This document shows, piece by piece, positions 1 to 12,181 of a stretch of 64,000 nucleotides of DNA. The position numbers and the translations under genes are program-made. The notes beneath the pieces are model-generated. The model ran no database searches and was not told where the DNA came from. It saw nothing but the letters and a program-made list of their open reading frames with translations. How positions within the stretch are numbered: the stretch's first letter is position 1; the number at the start of each line of letters is the position of its first letter. This DNA is from Octopus vulgaris (taxonomy: Eukaryota): the NCBI GenBank assembly GCA_951406725.2, contig OX597821.1:35340001-35404000 (forward strand), in the 5' to 3' direction.

Positions 1-28
1 GTCGATGACAATAACTGCCAACTGCGCC

Positions 29-410
29 CTAGGGTCGAGTAATCCTAACTCTGCCCGCACGTTTGCCATAGTAGGATGGCAGTAGTACCCACTCAGTCGA
101 TCTCAAAGGCACAGTGGAGTGCTTTATCGCTTCTTGTTCACTCCCGAAGCGAACCTCCACTGTGCCATATTTATTGCCTCTGGTGTAAAATGTAGTGAGG
201 CTTTTGATTCCTTTTAAACATTCTTCCACAGCCTCTGCTGCAGCTATTTCAAGTCTTTTGGTAGCTATAGACAGCGTTCTGTATACAATTGTCCTTTTCT
301 CTGTTTTTTTCCATAACATCCTTGGGCGGCATATCAGCCTCAGGCTGTCTCCTTCTTTTCTGATTAGTTCATTGAACTTCTTTAAATTCGTTTCATCCAG
401 TTGAATCTCT
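29..410 (-). pseudogene. N-terminal part of an L1/Tx1-type ORF1 protein (paralog of the 34819 ORF); stops or frameshifts near 29 and runs off the window edge
   Basis: WKKTEKRTIVYRTLS / RGNKYGTVEVRFGSEQEA / LLPSYYGKR align by eye with WLKDREDRTVVLRTYS / RGVKYATVWLLFDTPEEA / FLPTYQKKR of ORF 34819. The frame stays open about 30 codons upstream of the ATG at 319. Confidence 0.75.
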
Positions 411-482
411 CTTACTTACAAAACATCCACCGTCAAACTTTTTCTTGTTACTGCAGCGTAACTGTTGGCTGCAACTGGTTGA

Positions 483-540
483 TTCGACTGGCCCCCTCAC
501 CCAAAATTTCGGGCCTTGTGCCTAGAGTAGAAAAGATTAT
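483..540 (+). mobile_element. 3' tail fragment (tail type 2) of SINE family B
   Basis: tcgactggccccctcacccaaaatttcgggccttgtgcctagagtagaaaaga matches the 3' ends of the copies ending at 37940 and 18684. Confidence 0.8.
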
Positions 541-1556
541 TCTATATTTGTATTTCGTTATAATTCTCTTCTTGCTTCAGAAAATTATCTCATTGCTTAA
601 GATATTCTGCTAAGATAAATGTAGTGAAATTTGAAGTCAAAACCTTAGCCAGCACGAAAAACCGTAAAAAAAAAGAAACCCAAGCAAAAAGTTTACAAAA
701 TTAGTTGGAGGAAAATTGTGAAATGGTTACAAACTATCTGAACTAAATTTAAACATGGATACTAGAAATAGGTGAGGAAATGTTTCTTTTAGATTAAAGT
801 TTGAGATAATGATTGTATAAAAGAGGGTGAACAGTAGGAAAGCAGACTGAAAAAGCAAACTGAGGGAAGCAGAAGAGATTTGAATTGGGTCTGGAGATTA
901 GTTAAATGTAACGGATTCGACAGAATGGAAATTATGATAAACATATACATACATAAATGTCGCACTTTCTCGCATACACACACATATATTTATAGATGTA
1001 TCTCTGTGTTTGAGTGTGTGTGTGAGTGCATTCGTGGATAAAAAGTGAGGGTGGGAGAAAGAGAGAGAGAGAGATGAGATTGGAAGACAAACAACTGACT
1101 GAATTTTATCTGCAATAATAATAAATCAGGAAATATAAGAAATATTCCAAGAGAATATAGTTGAGTGGTTTAATAATGTTTATTTAATCTCATAAGTTTA
1201 TCATTTCACTCTATTTTCCAATGCCGAGGCCGACCACCTTGTGTGTTAATCCACAGCACATAGACTACTTAACCTGACACCATAACTTCATTTCCAAGGA
1301 AATGAAGCTCAAAGCTGGGAAGTAGGATGTTTACCAAATAAGGACTATAACTAAGGACAATAGGCGGATGCTGGTTGTTCAGAGTTTAAAATTTTCATTT
1401 CTAAACCTAGTCCTTCAGGGTTCGATCTCACTGTGTAGTATGTTTTACCGCAGAACAATCCATATATTATCAATTTGGTAGAGGAGACTATGTGGAAATC
1501 ACTCATATATCCACACATGTAAAATATATGCTACGTGAGTGTATGAGCTTCCGTTC

Positions 1557-1685
<129 letters not shown>

Positions 1686-1860
1686 GTATATTTCGTATAT
1701 TTTCAATTGTCTTGCTTATTTTTTACTCTTTGGTTTTGTGCTGAGTTTTTTCTTGAGAACACATTCTTCGTGGAGAATAGCGATTTTGACGTCTATATCT
1801 AGCATATTGACCGTCCACTTTTAGTGGTCAGGCCTTTAAATTTTGTATATATATATATAT

Positions 1861-2266
1861 TCTCTTTTACTCTTTTACTTGTTTCAGTCATTTGACTGCG
1901 GCCATGCTGGAGCACCGCCTTTACTCGAGCAAATCGACCCCAGGACTTATTCTTTGTAAGCCCAGTACTTATTCTATCGCTCTCTTTTGCCGAACCGCTA
2001 AGTGACGGGGACGTAAACACACCAGCATCGGTTGTCAAGCAATGCTAGGGGGACAAACACAGATACACAAACACACACACATATATATATATATATACAT
2101 ATATACGACAGGCTTCTTTCAGTTCCCGTCTGCCAAATCCACTCACAAGACATTGGTCGGCCCGGGGCTATAGTAGAAGACACTTGCCCAAGATGCCACG
2201 CAGTGGGACTGAACCCGGAACCATGTGGTTAACTAGCAAGCCACTTACCACACAGCCACTCCTGCG

Positions 2267-2270
<4 letters not shown>
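1861..2270 (-). mobile_element. SINE family A (tRNA-derived, ~410 bp, internal TA/TG microsatellite), full length
   Basis: Minus-strand head ggcgcaggagtggctgtgtggtaag (A box) and gggttcagtccc (B box); a cttgggcaagt segment resembling the CORE/MIR domain; (gtaaaaga)n tail. About 15 copies in the window. Confidence 0.92.
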
Positions 2271-2335
<65 letters not shown>

Positions 2336-2798
2336 GTAAACACACACACATGTATATATCTATATAAACAGGGGTGTTACGGAATGGAGTAGGTAACATC
2401 TGGGCTACGTATCATTGAATCTGCTATGCAGTAGCATGATGTACCTCCTTGCGGCAATGTAAACTTACATTTAATCACGATATCCTCGGCTTGAATAGTA
2501 ACCTGCGGCTACACCTCATCTGGATATTTTCCACTTATGAGGTTCCGCTCGCTAGGAAACATATGTAGCCCGGATCTTATCTACTCCATTCCGTAATTCT
2601 TATATTCTAATTCGCGCACTTGGCAACCCTGGTCACCTACTGGGGAATAGGAAAAGAACTTTTTCACCTTATCGTACTTCGATACGAAAAAGGATCCACA
2701 ACCTTCCGTCTCAATAAACTACTATTGTACCTGAAAGCTACTAATTTATATCTATTATGGATTGCTTGAAGCTAACTTTCTTCCTACATCTCATCCCT

Positions 2799-2852
<54 letters not shown>

Positions 2853-3050
2853 GTATATATGTCGTATATTTTCATATATATTGTATATTTATATATTTGT
2901 ATATATGTATATATATACACATTCACAAATATATATGTATATATATATATATATATATATAACACAAATTAATATATCTATATAAACAAACTAACGGAAT
3001 GGAGTAGGTAAATTTGGGCTAAATCCGTATGATTAGTTATATTATATAGC

Positions 3051-3098
<48 letters not shown>

Positions 3099-3528
3099 CC
3101 TATAAATATATATATGTTCAACAGACACGAACACACATACACACACGTACGTACGTACACCTATTGCATGTTTTGTCCACGCATACATGTTCATAAACAG
3201 AAATGAATAGAAAAATGTTAACTTTGTAGATTAACACTCGCACGATTTTCACTAAAGTATATTATACTATGATTATAAAATATAGTGTCCTTCAAAAACA
3301 AAAAAACCAAACATTTTACTTTTTATTTTTTATGAACGTCATAACTTACTCTCTCTGTCTCTCTACATATCTCACAGTTATATTTCTCGTGAAACTCTCT
3401 GCCTATATATATATATCCATTTTTCTATATCTTATTTTTTTGTTAGATGGCAAGTATACATATTTATTTAATATTTATATATCCCTCTATATTACATACA
3501 TATATACATACATATACATACACACACA

Positions 3529-3578
<50 letters not shown>

Positions 3579-4039
3579 AACATATATATATATACATACA
3601 CATCTACTCGTTCAGAATGCCAAGTGAGTCGCAGTCACGTTTTTTAGAAATGTTATTTGGTCTTTTCAAAGACGAATGCCCTGGACGTTCTGAGCTAACC
3701 CGGAGATATTTATTGAATTATGTAAATGCTAACCAGGCCAGAATAATATAATTTATGCCCTTAAAATAGCTTTAGATTAAAATTCTTTTGTGTATAGCAT
3801 TTCCAATATGTATTCGAACGTGGAATTTCTCGGCTCATAATATTTAGTCTCAGAAAGTCCTTTCGAATAAAGTTTTATGCAAAAAAAAAAAAATGAAAAT
3901 GAAAATAAGGAGTGCGTGGACCGCCAGTTACGCTGTTTCGACCTGATTTAATTTCGTCAGTGATGAACTATTGGAATGCTCTGAGCGATGCAGAAAGTGC
4001 ATGTTGCGATGTAACAATCGTTATATAAAATATTTGTTT

Positions 4040-4420
4040 CTTTTATCCTTTACTTGTTTCAGGCTTGAGGCTGCGGCTATGCTGAGACTCCACCACGCAG
4101 AATTTTTAGTCTAATGTATCAACTTCAGTACCTGTTTTTTAAAGCTTGGTACTTATTCTATCGATCTCTTTTGCCGAACCACTAAGTTATGGCGACGAAT
4201 GCAAACTAGCATCGGTTGTGAAGAAGTGGTGGGAGACAAACACACAGACACAGGCACACACACGATAGGCTTCTTTCAGTTTCTCTCTACGAAACCCATT
4301 CGCGAGACTTTGGTTGGCCTGAAGCTATAGTAGAAGACAATTACTCAAGGTGCTTCGCTGTGAGACTGAACCCTGAACCTTGTTGTTGAAAAGCAAGGTT
4401 CCTATCACGCAACCACGCCC
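4040..4420 (-). mobile_element. SINE family A, diverged copy
   Basis: Colinear with 1861-2270, with many substitutions. Confidence 0.85.
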
Positions 4421-5100
4421 ACTGAGTTTTTAGACATTATAAATATAGTATCAAAATACACCGGTATTTTAATCTACGGCTGTTTGAAGTCACTAAGGAT
4501 TTTTCTTTAGCAGAAAGACATTTTCTCTGTCTCTCTCTCCCTCCCTCTCTCTCTCTCTCCCTCTCTCACACCCATATATTCAAAGATAAACCTACAACAA
4601 TCCAAGATCGTACGTAAAAGATGTCAACACTTCTAATTGATCTCATGTCATCCACAAAAGATAGTTAAGTATGTTCTATACACTGTGTTTGCACTCTAAG
4701 CTTCTGAAATAGCCTGTCCTGTTTTCTGCTGATTGGTATCGCGTTACCAAACTCCTTCTCATTTCCCATACAATACTCGCTTTCCGCATTCAGCATTACC
4801 CAATTACCCACAACAACAATCCTCCTTCAATAGATATCCTACTGCGAGAAATATCTTTTGTTTCAAGATTTTTCCTGAAGTCCATCTCACTGACCTCTCG
4901 TGGTTTTCAAACAGCAGGAGTAGTGCTCTTTCCTCCAGATGAAAATGACGTAAGTAATGTGTGCAATCTTATCATGCTTGGTTAATAATGGTGAGCGAGG
5001 TATTTGTATTTGTAAAGCAATACTTCTTAATGTACCACAGAGTCTACTATGGGCTCTGCTGTCTCGCTTTTGAAGTTTTGTATATCTTTACATCTTTTTC

Positions 5101-5498
5101 ATACTTGTTTCAGTCATTTGAATGCGGCCATGCTGGAGCACCGCCTTTAGTCGAGTAAATCGACCCCAGGACTTATTCTTTGGAAGCCTAGTACTTATTC
5201 TATCGGTCTCTTCCACCGAACTGCTAAGTTACGGGGACGTAAACATACCAGCATCGATTGTCAAGCGATGTTGGGGGGACAAACACAGACACACGAACAT
5301 ATACACATATATGCACACATATATATATACACATATATACGACGGGCTTCTTTTAGTTTCCGTCTACCAAATCCACTCACAAGGCTTTGGTCGGCCCGAG
5401 GCTATAGTAGAAAACACTTGCCCAAGGTGCCACGCAGAGGGACTGAAACTGGAACCATGTGGTCGGTAAGCAAGCTACTTATCACACAGCCACTCCTG
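5101..5498 (-). mobile_element. SINE family A, full length
   Basis: High identity to the other family A copies. Confidence 0.92.
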
Positions 5499-6449
5499 TA
5501 GGAAATCTGTAAAATAAGTTCTGAAACCTTCAATTCCGTAAATTAGAATAACTCATAGTTAGGTGTTTTGAGATGTTTTCTCCGATTGCAGCATTATAAT
5601 CGCCGGAAAAGTGGTATGAATTGAAGAATAAGAAATAAATGAATGTATGTATCTGATGCAGATTGCCCTCCATGAAATGGAGAAGGAATAGTAGGTGTAG
5701 ATAAGAATAGGAATTAGAATAATGTAAATGAATGGGAGGACGAAATTCAGAAGAGAAAAGTGCGATGGAAGGGTATCAGAGATAAAGAAAATTCTGGTGA
5801 CTGTCCATATATGTTGTTCTCGTCAGTTGAAAGCAGTGTATCCCATTTGCATAACACAAGCTTTTACAAGTAGCAGTATTGCATGACCATTACTGATCTG
5901 GGGTTTAAACAGAGCTGATTGAGATTTTAAAGGATTTTCTCTTCTTTGATGTGGATAGGTAAGGCCATTTATTTCCAATCGAGAAGACTTTTGATCTTTC
6001 TATGATTTATCATTCACAAAGGAACCTTTCCCAGTTTTTCCGATGTTATTAGCCAATTCAAAGACAATTCTTTACAAAGTATGGATTTATGCCATTTTGT
6101 CACTAGTTAAGGGAAAAACTGATAAGCGGCCATTTGCAAAGTTGTCATTGAATGAGAAATGAACCATTTCTAATAATTTGTTTTACATTATTTGCAAAAA
6201 GTAAGTCAGCATCCACAGACTTCGTCATTGCCTTCATGTCTGGTGAAAGGTAGTTATCTTCAGACACAGTTCCAGACTAAATTGCCTGCAAAATGTAGAA
6301 AGTAGACTCTCTTAAAGACATCCAAAAGTAGGTGACGATGTTAAACAGGATAACAGATTACGCTTACAAATAATAAAAACATTCTTTGATGAGATTTTAC
6401 TAGAAAACAGTTGCAAAGTGAACAGCTAGTGCTACACCATTATAAAAAT

Positions 6450-7000
6450 TTAGGTAATAGCTCCTTTGGAATGCGACATTCTAAACTTAAAATAGAAAAT
6501 CAAATACAGCGATGCCTGTGTATCTAGTATAGATAAGATATATATATATAAAAAAGAGCCAATTAATCCAAAAACCCTATTTAGGAAAAAACAACTTAAA
6601 AGCTTTATAAATTTGATAAGACACTAAAGAAACAAATTTAAGCAATAAGATCAGCGAGAACTATATAAAAACAGAAGCCAATGCATAATGATATAAATAA
6701 AGAACGAAGCGCATAGCCATAAAGATAAATCTTGACAACAGACAGGAGATATTTGGTAAATGTCAAGCATTTATAACCATTAATGTCCATAGAAAAAATT
6801 CTGCGTCTAATCCTCGTAGCTAAATCCCACGTAAGTCTAATTAGCAAGGAGATTATAAATATCATTAGCAAAAAGATTAGAAATACGAAACACCTACGTC
6901 TTTGTAATAATGACGCTGATGTCATTAGCGGACTCAAGAGTATCGATAAGTATGTATGACGTTACTCAATATCAAATCGATTTTTACACCACGCTCTGCA
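6450..7000 (+). pseudogene. Highly decayed Penelope-like RT fragment
   Basis: Broken frames give ECDILNLK*KIKY, EKILRLILVAKSHVSLISKEIINII and a frameshifted NIK..FY segment. These resemble PLE RT motifs RLINPAKS.IG.ISK.IL and FDI..FYPSI (from recall). Confidence 0.45.
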
Positions 7001-7050
7001 AAACTCTACATAATAACGCAATAGATTTTGCTAAATAACTACAGCGTAAT

Positions 7051-7358
7051 GTTTGTTGTTTGTTCCTTCTCGAGCCATGTCTGGCTCATAAGGGCCGGTT
7101 TCACGGTTTCTTGACGTATAGGTTCCCCACCTGGACGGGACGCCGGTCCGTCGCAGGTGAGCTGCAAGATGCAGGAGGGAAGAGTGAAAGAAAGTAGTGG
7201 CGAAAGAGTCAGCAGAAGTTTGCCATTACCTTCTGCCGGAGCCGCGTGGAGCTTATGTGTTTCGCCCATAAACACACTCATCGTCCGGTCTGAGATTCGA
7301 ACCCGCGATCTCTCGACCGCGAGTCCGCTGCTCTAACAACTAGGCCATGTGCCTCCAC
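7051..7358 (-). mobile_element. SINE family C (tRNA-derived; V-SINE-like 3' segment)
   Basis: Head gtggaggcacatggcctag...gggttcgaatctc; 3' segment gcgacggaccggcgtcccgtccagg; candidate TSD agcgtaat (7043/7362); second copy at 40630-40929. Confidence 0.88.
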
Positions 7359-7532
7359 CAAAGCGTAATAGATGATAAGTACATTGATGCAATAATGGAT
7401 GCTGGGAAGATCCTACTACTCGGTAATGTCTCCTTCAGTATCAAAAACAAAAAAGAACCGGCGGGGTTCTTCGACATAAGTATGAGGTCATATGACAGTG
7501 CAGATGCATATGATCCAGTAGAATTATATATA

Positions 7533-7730
7533 TAAGGCGGCGAGCTGGCAGAAATGTTAGCACGCCGGGTGAAATGCTTTGAGGCATTTCGTTTGTTTTC
7601 ACGTTCTGAGTTCAAATTCTGCCTTTATTCGACTTTACCTTTAATCCTTTTGGGGGTTGAGCACTGGAGTAAATGTAATCGAGCTACCCATCCCTCGAAA
7701 TTGCTGGCCTTGTGCAAAAATTTGAAACGA
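7533..7730 (+). mobile_element. SINE family B, internally deleted copy
   Basis: Head aaggcggcgagctggcagaa...gagttcaaattc. Confidence 0.85.
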
Positions 7731-8749
7731 TGTATATATATATATGTATATATATATATTAAATTAGAGATAAAACCACTATTAGGCAACTCAAACAGTG
7801 ATAGATATAAACCAAAACGTAAAAAACAAAAAAATAAATATAAGTAATATAATATATAATATATATATAAAATATATATTATATATTGAGTTGCCTAATA
7901 GTGGTTTTATCTCTAATTTAATTTATATTTATACTGTGAAATTTGATTTAATCCTAAATCTAATTTTTCCCTGTAAGTTTGGATATACTCCCTAATTATT
8001 ATATATATATATTCAATATGGATATATCAAAAGCAATCCGACATACTGTAGTACGCATATTGAGAAACCATCTCGTATAGATGAGTAGTGCCAAAGCACA
8101 GAAGTGTCAGTATCTGACGAAAAATGTCCAAATGTCCTGAATCTGTGAAGGAACTGATAGACCAGGTGATTTCAGGGCATTTAGGCGTCATCGGTAGCAA
8201 GTTTCCATTATCACTGCATCCTTAGATGAGTATTCGCCAAAAGGCACTTGATATACAACCTATACCGTCGTTGGTAAACGTTTTTCGTCTGTTATTGATA
8301 CATTCGGTTCTTTTTAGCCCAATATGTTTAAACCAAATGGCTTCTCAGAAAGAATACCATAGTATTGCGGCTTTCTTCTCGGATTAACATGTTAAGATAT
8401 AAAGTTTGCATTTTGGTACCAATACTGTTTCCATCGCTAATAACGAATCGCTACCAGCTATATTTGACACCAGTGGCTGATTAGTCACTGCTTTGTTATA
8501 TGTCAGTAGAGGGGAATTTTTTCCAAACATATGGTGATAGTGGAGTCCTGCTACTGATGACGCGCATATATCAAAAATTACGTGAACTACCTGTTCCACC
8601 GCCGCTGTTTTTGCCCTCGCATTTCAAGTTTCACCAAGACGCTTATTCTATATCATGTCGGCTCTACTCTCAATATTGAGTCCCCCCACCATCAATAAAT
8701 GCCCAGTTGCTATTCTTAATAGAGCTTGGAAAACAAACACTTGCACGTA

Positions 8750-9152
<403 letters not shown>

Positions 9153-9799
9153 TAGCATTAGGTCAATAGTAGAAATAATCTTATGAATGTATGTAACCTA
9201 CACATGAAAATATATACCATTATAAACTACTACAGTTAACAATTTCGGAAATAATAGCGGCAAATATACTATATCAAAGTGAATTGTCAATATAATAGAT
9301 ATGATCAAGTTAATCTATATTAACTGTTTGATATCGCACCATTTGAAGTGAAACAACGTTGAAGACATACAGCGGTCAATGCCCGCTGTTAATGAAAAAA
9401 CAAGAAGAATATGCGTATGAGAATATCGAAAGAAGTGAGTAAAATGATATCAATAAAATGATTTTTAATACTGGGTCATTGCTCTCAATATCTGAGCGAG
9501 GAGTCAATAAATCGACTTGATATGTACTTATTTTATCGACATTGCCAATCTGAAAGTCAGATTTAATATACAGAAGGCAAAGACAAGAATGGCAATAGAT
9601 AAAGTAAATAGAGAATACCGCAAAAATGCAATTCGTACTTAAGATTTCGCTCTGCCAATCCTGCCAACCAATGACCTTAAGATTGAGAATATTATTATTC
9701 CATTATAATGTGGATATATCTATTCTCTAATATCTATTCTGTTATGACATGAAGTTTATTTCCGAATTGCCAGGTAAAAAGCTATTTATATATTGAGAG

Positions 9800-10221
9800 G
9801 GATCTTTTCGGTTTGAACGGCAGTTTTTACCATAATTTCTAGGTAACTAATCAATTTTAAACTTTGTATACTGGTAGAATGTGTTTATAAAACATCTTTT
9901 TCTCTTGGCTTCATTGAGAAAATTCTATATTTTGTAAGATATTTGTCTTGTTTCTTCAATTTCTGCAATTTTAACCAATCACTGACGTCTATTGAGTAAA
10001 AAACATCCTGTGCCGTATGAATATGTCCCTCGTTTAAAAAACAGATTGGGTTTATTTACATTTGTAAAGAAAAAAGATACCCTTCCCCCCAACCCTAACC
10101 CTAACTAACCCTAACCCTAAAATAGACTGAAATGCAATAGATCGATACTAGGGTCATAATTATGGGTGACAATTTCATATGACACCGCTAGAGAAAAAAC
10201 CCGTTCAAACCGAAAAGATCC
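9800..10221. mobile_element. MITE, ~420 bp, TIR ggatcttttcggtttgaacgg, 8-bp TSD
   Basis: TIRs at both ends; TSD attgagag at 9792-9799 and 10222-10229; no ORF; internal (ccctaa)n at 10091-10120. Confidence 0.93.
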
Positions 10222-10679
10222 ATTGAGAGTCTGTGCAACAAACACCGTCTCCCATACTACCTCTGTTGTTGGTATAGCACAGTTTATTTACGTGTATGTA
10301 TTCTACTGAGTTATCAAAACACCAGCATCCTTCAATAAAAGACTTCAAAGAACATGTAAATTTCACAGGCAAACTCATTTCCCATTGTTTTATCTACAGC
10401 TGTTGCTAGGTAAATCGGGATGAAAGTATAAAATACGTTGTCCATAAGGCAATTCAGCGTCCGAGATATATTATGAATACACATGAGTTCCACTTACAAA
10501 TCACTGTTATAACTGAGAACATATCACGACGCTTTATCATGATTTCATTAAATAATTATAGTAAGGTAGCGTTTATTTCAATTTCTTCTAGCTAGGATAC
10601 TATATTAATTACAGAACCTCTTTATATTTACTACATTATATTACAAGTAGTTCGGTTCCATGGCAGCAGTTACCACTTT

Positions 10680-11096
10680 GGATCTTTCCGGTTTGAATGG
10701 CAGTTTTTTCTAGCAGTGTCATATGAAATTGTCACCCATAATTATGACCCTAGAATCGATCTATTGCATTTCAATCTGTTTTAGGGTTAGGGTTAGAGTG
10801 GGGGGAGGGTATATTTTTTTCTTCACAAGTGTAAATAAACCCAATCTGTTTCTTAAACGAGGGACATATTCATATGGTACAGAATGTTTTTTTTACCTCA
10901 ATGGACGTCAGTGATTGGTTGAAATTGCAGAAATTGAAGAAAATAAACAACAAATATCTTACTAACTATAGAATTTTCTCAATAAAGCCAAGAGAAAAAG
11001 ATGTTTTCTAAACACATTCTACCAGTATACGAAATTTAAATTTTTTTAATTATCTAGAAATTATGTTAAAAACTGCCGTTCAAAACGAAAAGATCC
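10680..11096. mobile_element. Same MITE family, opposite orientation
   Basis: Reverse complement of 9800-10221; flanking duplication ccacttt (10673-10679 and 11097-11103). Confidence 0.93.
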
Positions 11097-11710
11097 CCAC
11101 TTTTTAACATAATAGTTCTTTTTAGTCACAGGGTGAATAAAAGAAAATTTGTAATTCCCTAACTCAGCTTATTTTTGGAAATTGAAATAAACTTCTTGAG
11201 TTTAGACATCTGAGCTTCAAAGGACATAACATATTTTATTTTATCACAAATATACTGAATATAGGCGTATTATTATATATAGTTGCGTATTATTTACATG
11301 CATATATTGCACAAATCTAATTCTAGCACACATGCACGCCTCCCTAAAAGCATTAAACGAACATATCTTAATATATATATGTGTGTGCATGTGTGCATGT
11401 GTGTGAGTATGTATGTATGTATGTATGTATGTATGTATGTATGTATGTATGTATATGTATGCATGTATGTATACGTATATTCTACAGAAAATAAAGAAAT
11501 TATTGAACGCGGGAAGGCTGCTTAGAAAATGGGTAAATACACTCAAGAAGATGGAAGTAAGAAAGAATTGGCTAGCAAACCTCCACAGGGAAACGATCTC
11601 AATTTTCAAAGCTGTCTCCACAGCCTTTTCGCTTCGAGTATTGCTTTATATTCTGTAGAGTACCGACACACACGGTCACTTATGAGTTTGCTTCCAAAAT
11701 GTTCTCATAT

Positions 11711-11880
11711 ATAGGCCCAGGAATGATTGTGTGGTAAGAAGCTTGCTTTCCAAACACATGGTTCCCAGTTGAATCCCACTGCGTGGCAGTTTGGGTAAGT
11801 GCCTTCTACTATAGCTTTGGGACGACCAAAACCGTGTGAGTGGATTTGGTAGATAGAATCTGAAAGAAGTCGGTCGTGTT
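11711..11880 (+). mobile_element. SINE family A, 5' half
   Basis: Head and body up to the internal microsatellite; the 3' half is absent. Confidence 0.85.
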
Positions 11881-11930
11881 TATACATACATATACATACA
11901 TATATATAATATATATGTATGTGTGTGTGT

Positions 11931-11962
11931 GTGAGGAAGAGCGTAGGCTCGAAACGTTAAAG
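11931..11962 (+). ncRNA. Minimal type-I hammerhead ribozyme motif (5'-eroded), PLE-terminal type
   Basis: (g)TGAGGA-a-GAGC-gtag-GCTC-GAAA-cg-TT; palindromic AACGTT stem III. Confidence 0.55.
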
Positions 11963-12058
11963 CCTTTTTCACTTCCCGCGCGTTATACCAATACATTTGC
12001 TGTTGTCTACATCACCTGTCTTCGTCTTATGCTGTTTTTGTGAATTCTCCCTATATAT

Positions 12059-12181
12059 AGACAAACGAGATAACTCGCATCTGGTCCCATTCAGGTGAGA
12101 CATACATCGATGACAAAAATGACCAATCATCGATGTCCGTCGCTCTTGAATGGGACGAGATGCGAGTTATTTCGCTTGTCT
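12059..12181. repeat. Imperfect hairpin, ~55-bp arms, 13-nt loop
   Basis: agacaaacgagataactcgcatc...catcgatga pairs with tcatcgatg...gatgcgagttatttcgcttgtct. Confidence 0.85.

Noticed and set aside
3911-3965. Minus-strand CTGACGA...GAAA hammerhead-like motif
   Set aside because: No convincing stem I or stem II.
4680-6350. Possible decayed LINE/PLE coding remnants on the minus strand either side of the 5101 SINE
   Set aside because: Only vague motif echoes; cannot be supported without a translated search.
7270-7358. tRNA-like sequences with A/B boxes (also 15683, 32151, 47034)
   Set aside because: They are SINE heads continuing into SINE bodies; no complete cloverleaf with acceptor stem and terminator was seen.
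10091-10120. (CCCTAA)n as a telomere or chromosome-fusion relic
   Set aside because: Only 3-4 units, at a fixed position inside each MITE copy.
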